NCBI GenBank assembly: GCA_037447605.1
Contig: JBBHKD010000019.1
Location: 1 to 21,076, forward strand
Reading direction: 5' to 3'
DNA: 21,076 nt
Source: Zygnema circumcarinatum SAG 698-1b
Lineage: Eukaryota > Plantae > Zygnematophyceae
The translations under genes and the position numbers were made by a program. Positions 19,856 to 21,076 of the stretch are shown piece after piece. Numbering within the stretch: position 1 is the stretch's first letter; each line of letters starts with the position of its first letter. The notes under the pieces are model-generated. The model ran no database searches. It was not told the DNA's origin and was given only the letters and a program-made list of their open reading frames with translations.

Positions 19856-19925
19856 ATCCCCCTCTTGGGACTCAGTTCCTCATGGGCCCTAGCCCAATCA
19901 ATCTGCTGTTCACTAGTAGTGTCTC

Positions 19926-20659
19926 TGTAGCGAAACGCTACAGTCACCCCAAGGGGGAAGGGTTACTTAGGGCCCGGCGTGGCTTTATGTTTTCATCCAA
20001 TGCAGTACCTAACGGTTAGGGCATCGGATACCCTATAGGACCACGGAGGTCCTAGGTTCGAACCGTAAGAACTGGTTCACACGTGGGGGCACCACATAGT
20101 CACCGGTCATTACACGGCGTAAAGGTCCTCCTGCGGCAGGAGGATTGGGGATTACCCGGCACCCACCGGGACCAATCGGTCCAGCGATTGGAATCTCGGG
20201 CAGCGGCGGATCCCCACGGAATTAAGCGGATTGTCAGGTACAATTCACGGGTACCCGTTGATGCCGAGGGCAGTGGCTGTCCCGACCAGCGCCCGCTAGG
20301 ATCAAACCGTGTGCGGCGTACGGCGGCGCGCGCGTCGCTGGCCTTGCCAGCGGGGAAATCTGATGGCGTTCGATACGTTGTACACCTCGACCCATTGGTC
20401 GGGGAGGAACCGTGGCAGTTGCCATTGGGCGACCACCTTCCAATCCTCCATCTTGGTAGGAGGTTCAGCGGGGAAAGCGTAAAGGCGTGGGTGGCCCATG
20501 CGTCACCCGACAGCGATACCGGCATTCGGTTGCACCACGGCGAGCTGCGCCACCACCGAGCTCTCTCTCTCTCTCTCTCTCTCACGCCCTCCTCTCGTGA
20601 ACTCAGTCTTTGGTGTGTGATTCAGCGCAGGCGAAGAAGGCGTTTTTAGAGTTGTTACA
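19926..20659 (+). mobile_element. LTR family B copy B2 (probable 5' LTR) with (CT)n tract at ~20559-20583
   Basis: Starts TGTAGCGAAACGCTACA and ends GTTGTTACA; reverse complement of 6182-6900; followed by PBS-like TTGAGTATGTCGAGCGG (20660-20676). Confidence 0.65.
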
Positions 20660-21076
20660 TTGAGTATGTCGAGCGGGTTCGCGGCCTTCTGCGGCCAGCG
20701 AGAGAACTGCGGGTCATGAGTGACCACTGCGGGAGGGACCGGGCCCTCAGAGCCACCTCCCACCACGTCACCGGGGCGGTGATGGAGAGAACTTCGAGGG
20801 CTGCGGCGCGCGTCCACTATGGAGGCCCGATCCGGCCACGGATGACCAAGGTCATCCACGTTGGCTAACTTACCCACCCTCACGTCCGCCGGAGCGGCGC
20901 CGACGAATCCACCGATCCCGCCCGGTGGGGCCCACATCCGCGGTGGGCAGCGTCTGCGAAGATGAAGAAAGAGGATGCGGCAGGCGGGAAGCGGATGGCA
21001 AAAGCGGCGAAGCCGCCACCATAGCTGTCTGGCGGTGGGCGACATAGAGCTCGGTCCGCCGCTGGTGGGCCAGCTT
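20660..21076 (+). mobile_element. Probable PBS and GC-rich leader/internal region of an LTR retrotransposon
   Basis: Follows LTR B2 and the PBS-like sequence; no recognisable protein motif. Confidence 0.3.

Overview
Eukaryotic (plant, probably a seedless land plant or close streptophyte relative) repeat-rich window with one 10-N scaffold gap and many apparent single-base indels, so sequence quality limits every frame-level claim. Left to right: (1) the edge of a 5S rDNA tandem array (~850-bp unit, minus strand, degenerate copies) whose third 5S gene is cut by a Ty1/copia LTR + gag; (2) a nest of copia LTRs and a decayed Ty3/gypsy gag-protease with its LTR; (3) a head-to-head gene pair only 251 bp apart: a plastid-targeted type-II 3-dehydroquinate synthase homolog (only the 5' exon is recognisable, minus strand) and an intron-containing OSCA4.1/GFS10-type (CSC1/ERD4 family) channel gene with several frame disruptions (plus strand); (4) a ~4.2-kb GGCCACAA/GGCCTGA array whose variant units read as Gly-X-Gln/Glu/Lys codons (collagen-like), directly abutting (5) the 3' half of a CRE-like non-LTR retrotransposon with CCHC knuckle and restriction-like endonuclease; (6) further copia and gypsy LTRs. 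The collagen-like array plus REL retroelement is the most unusual element.
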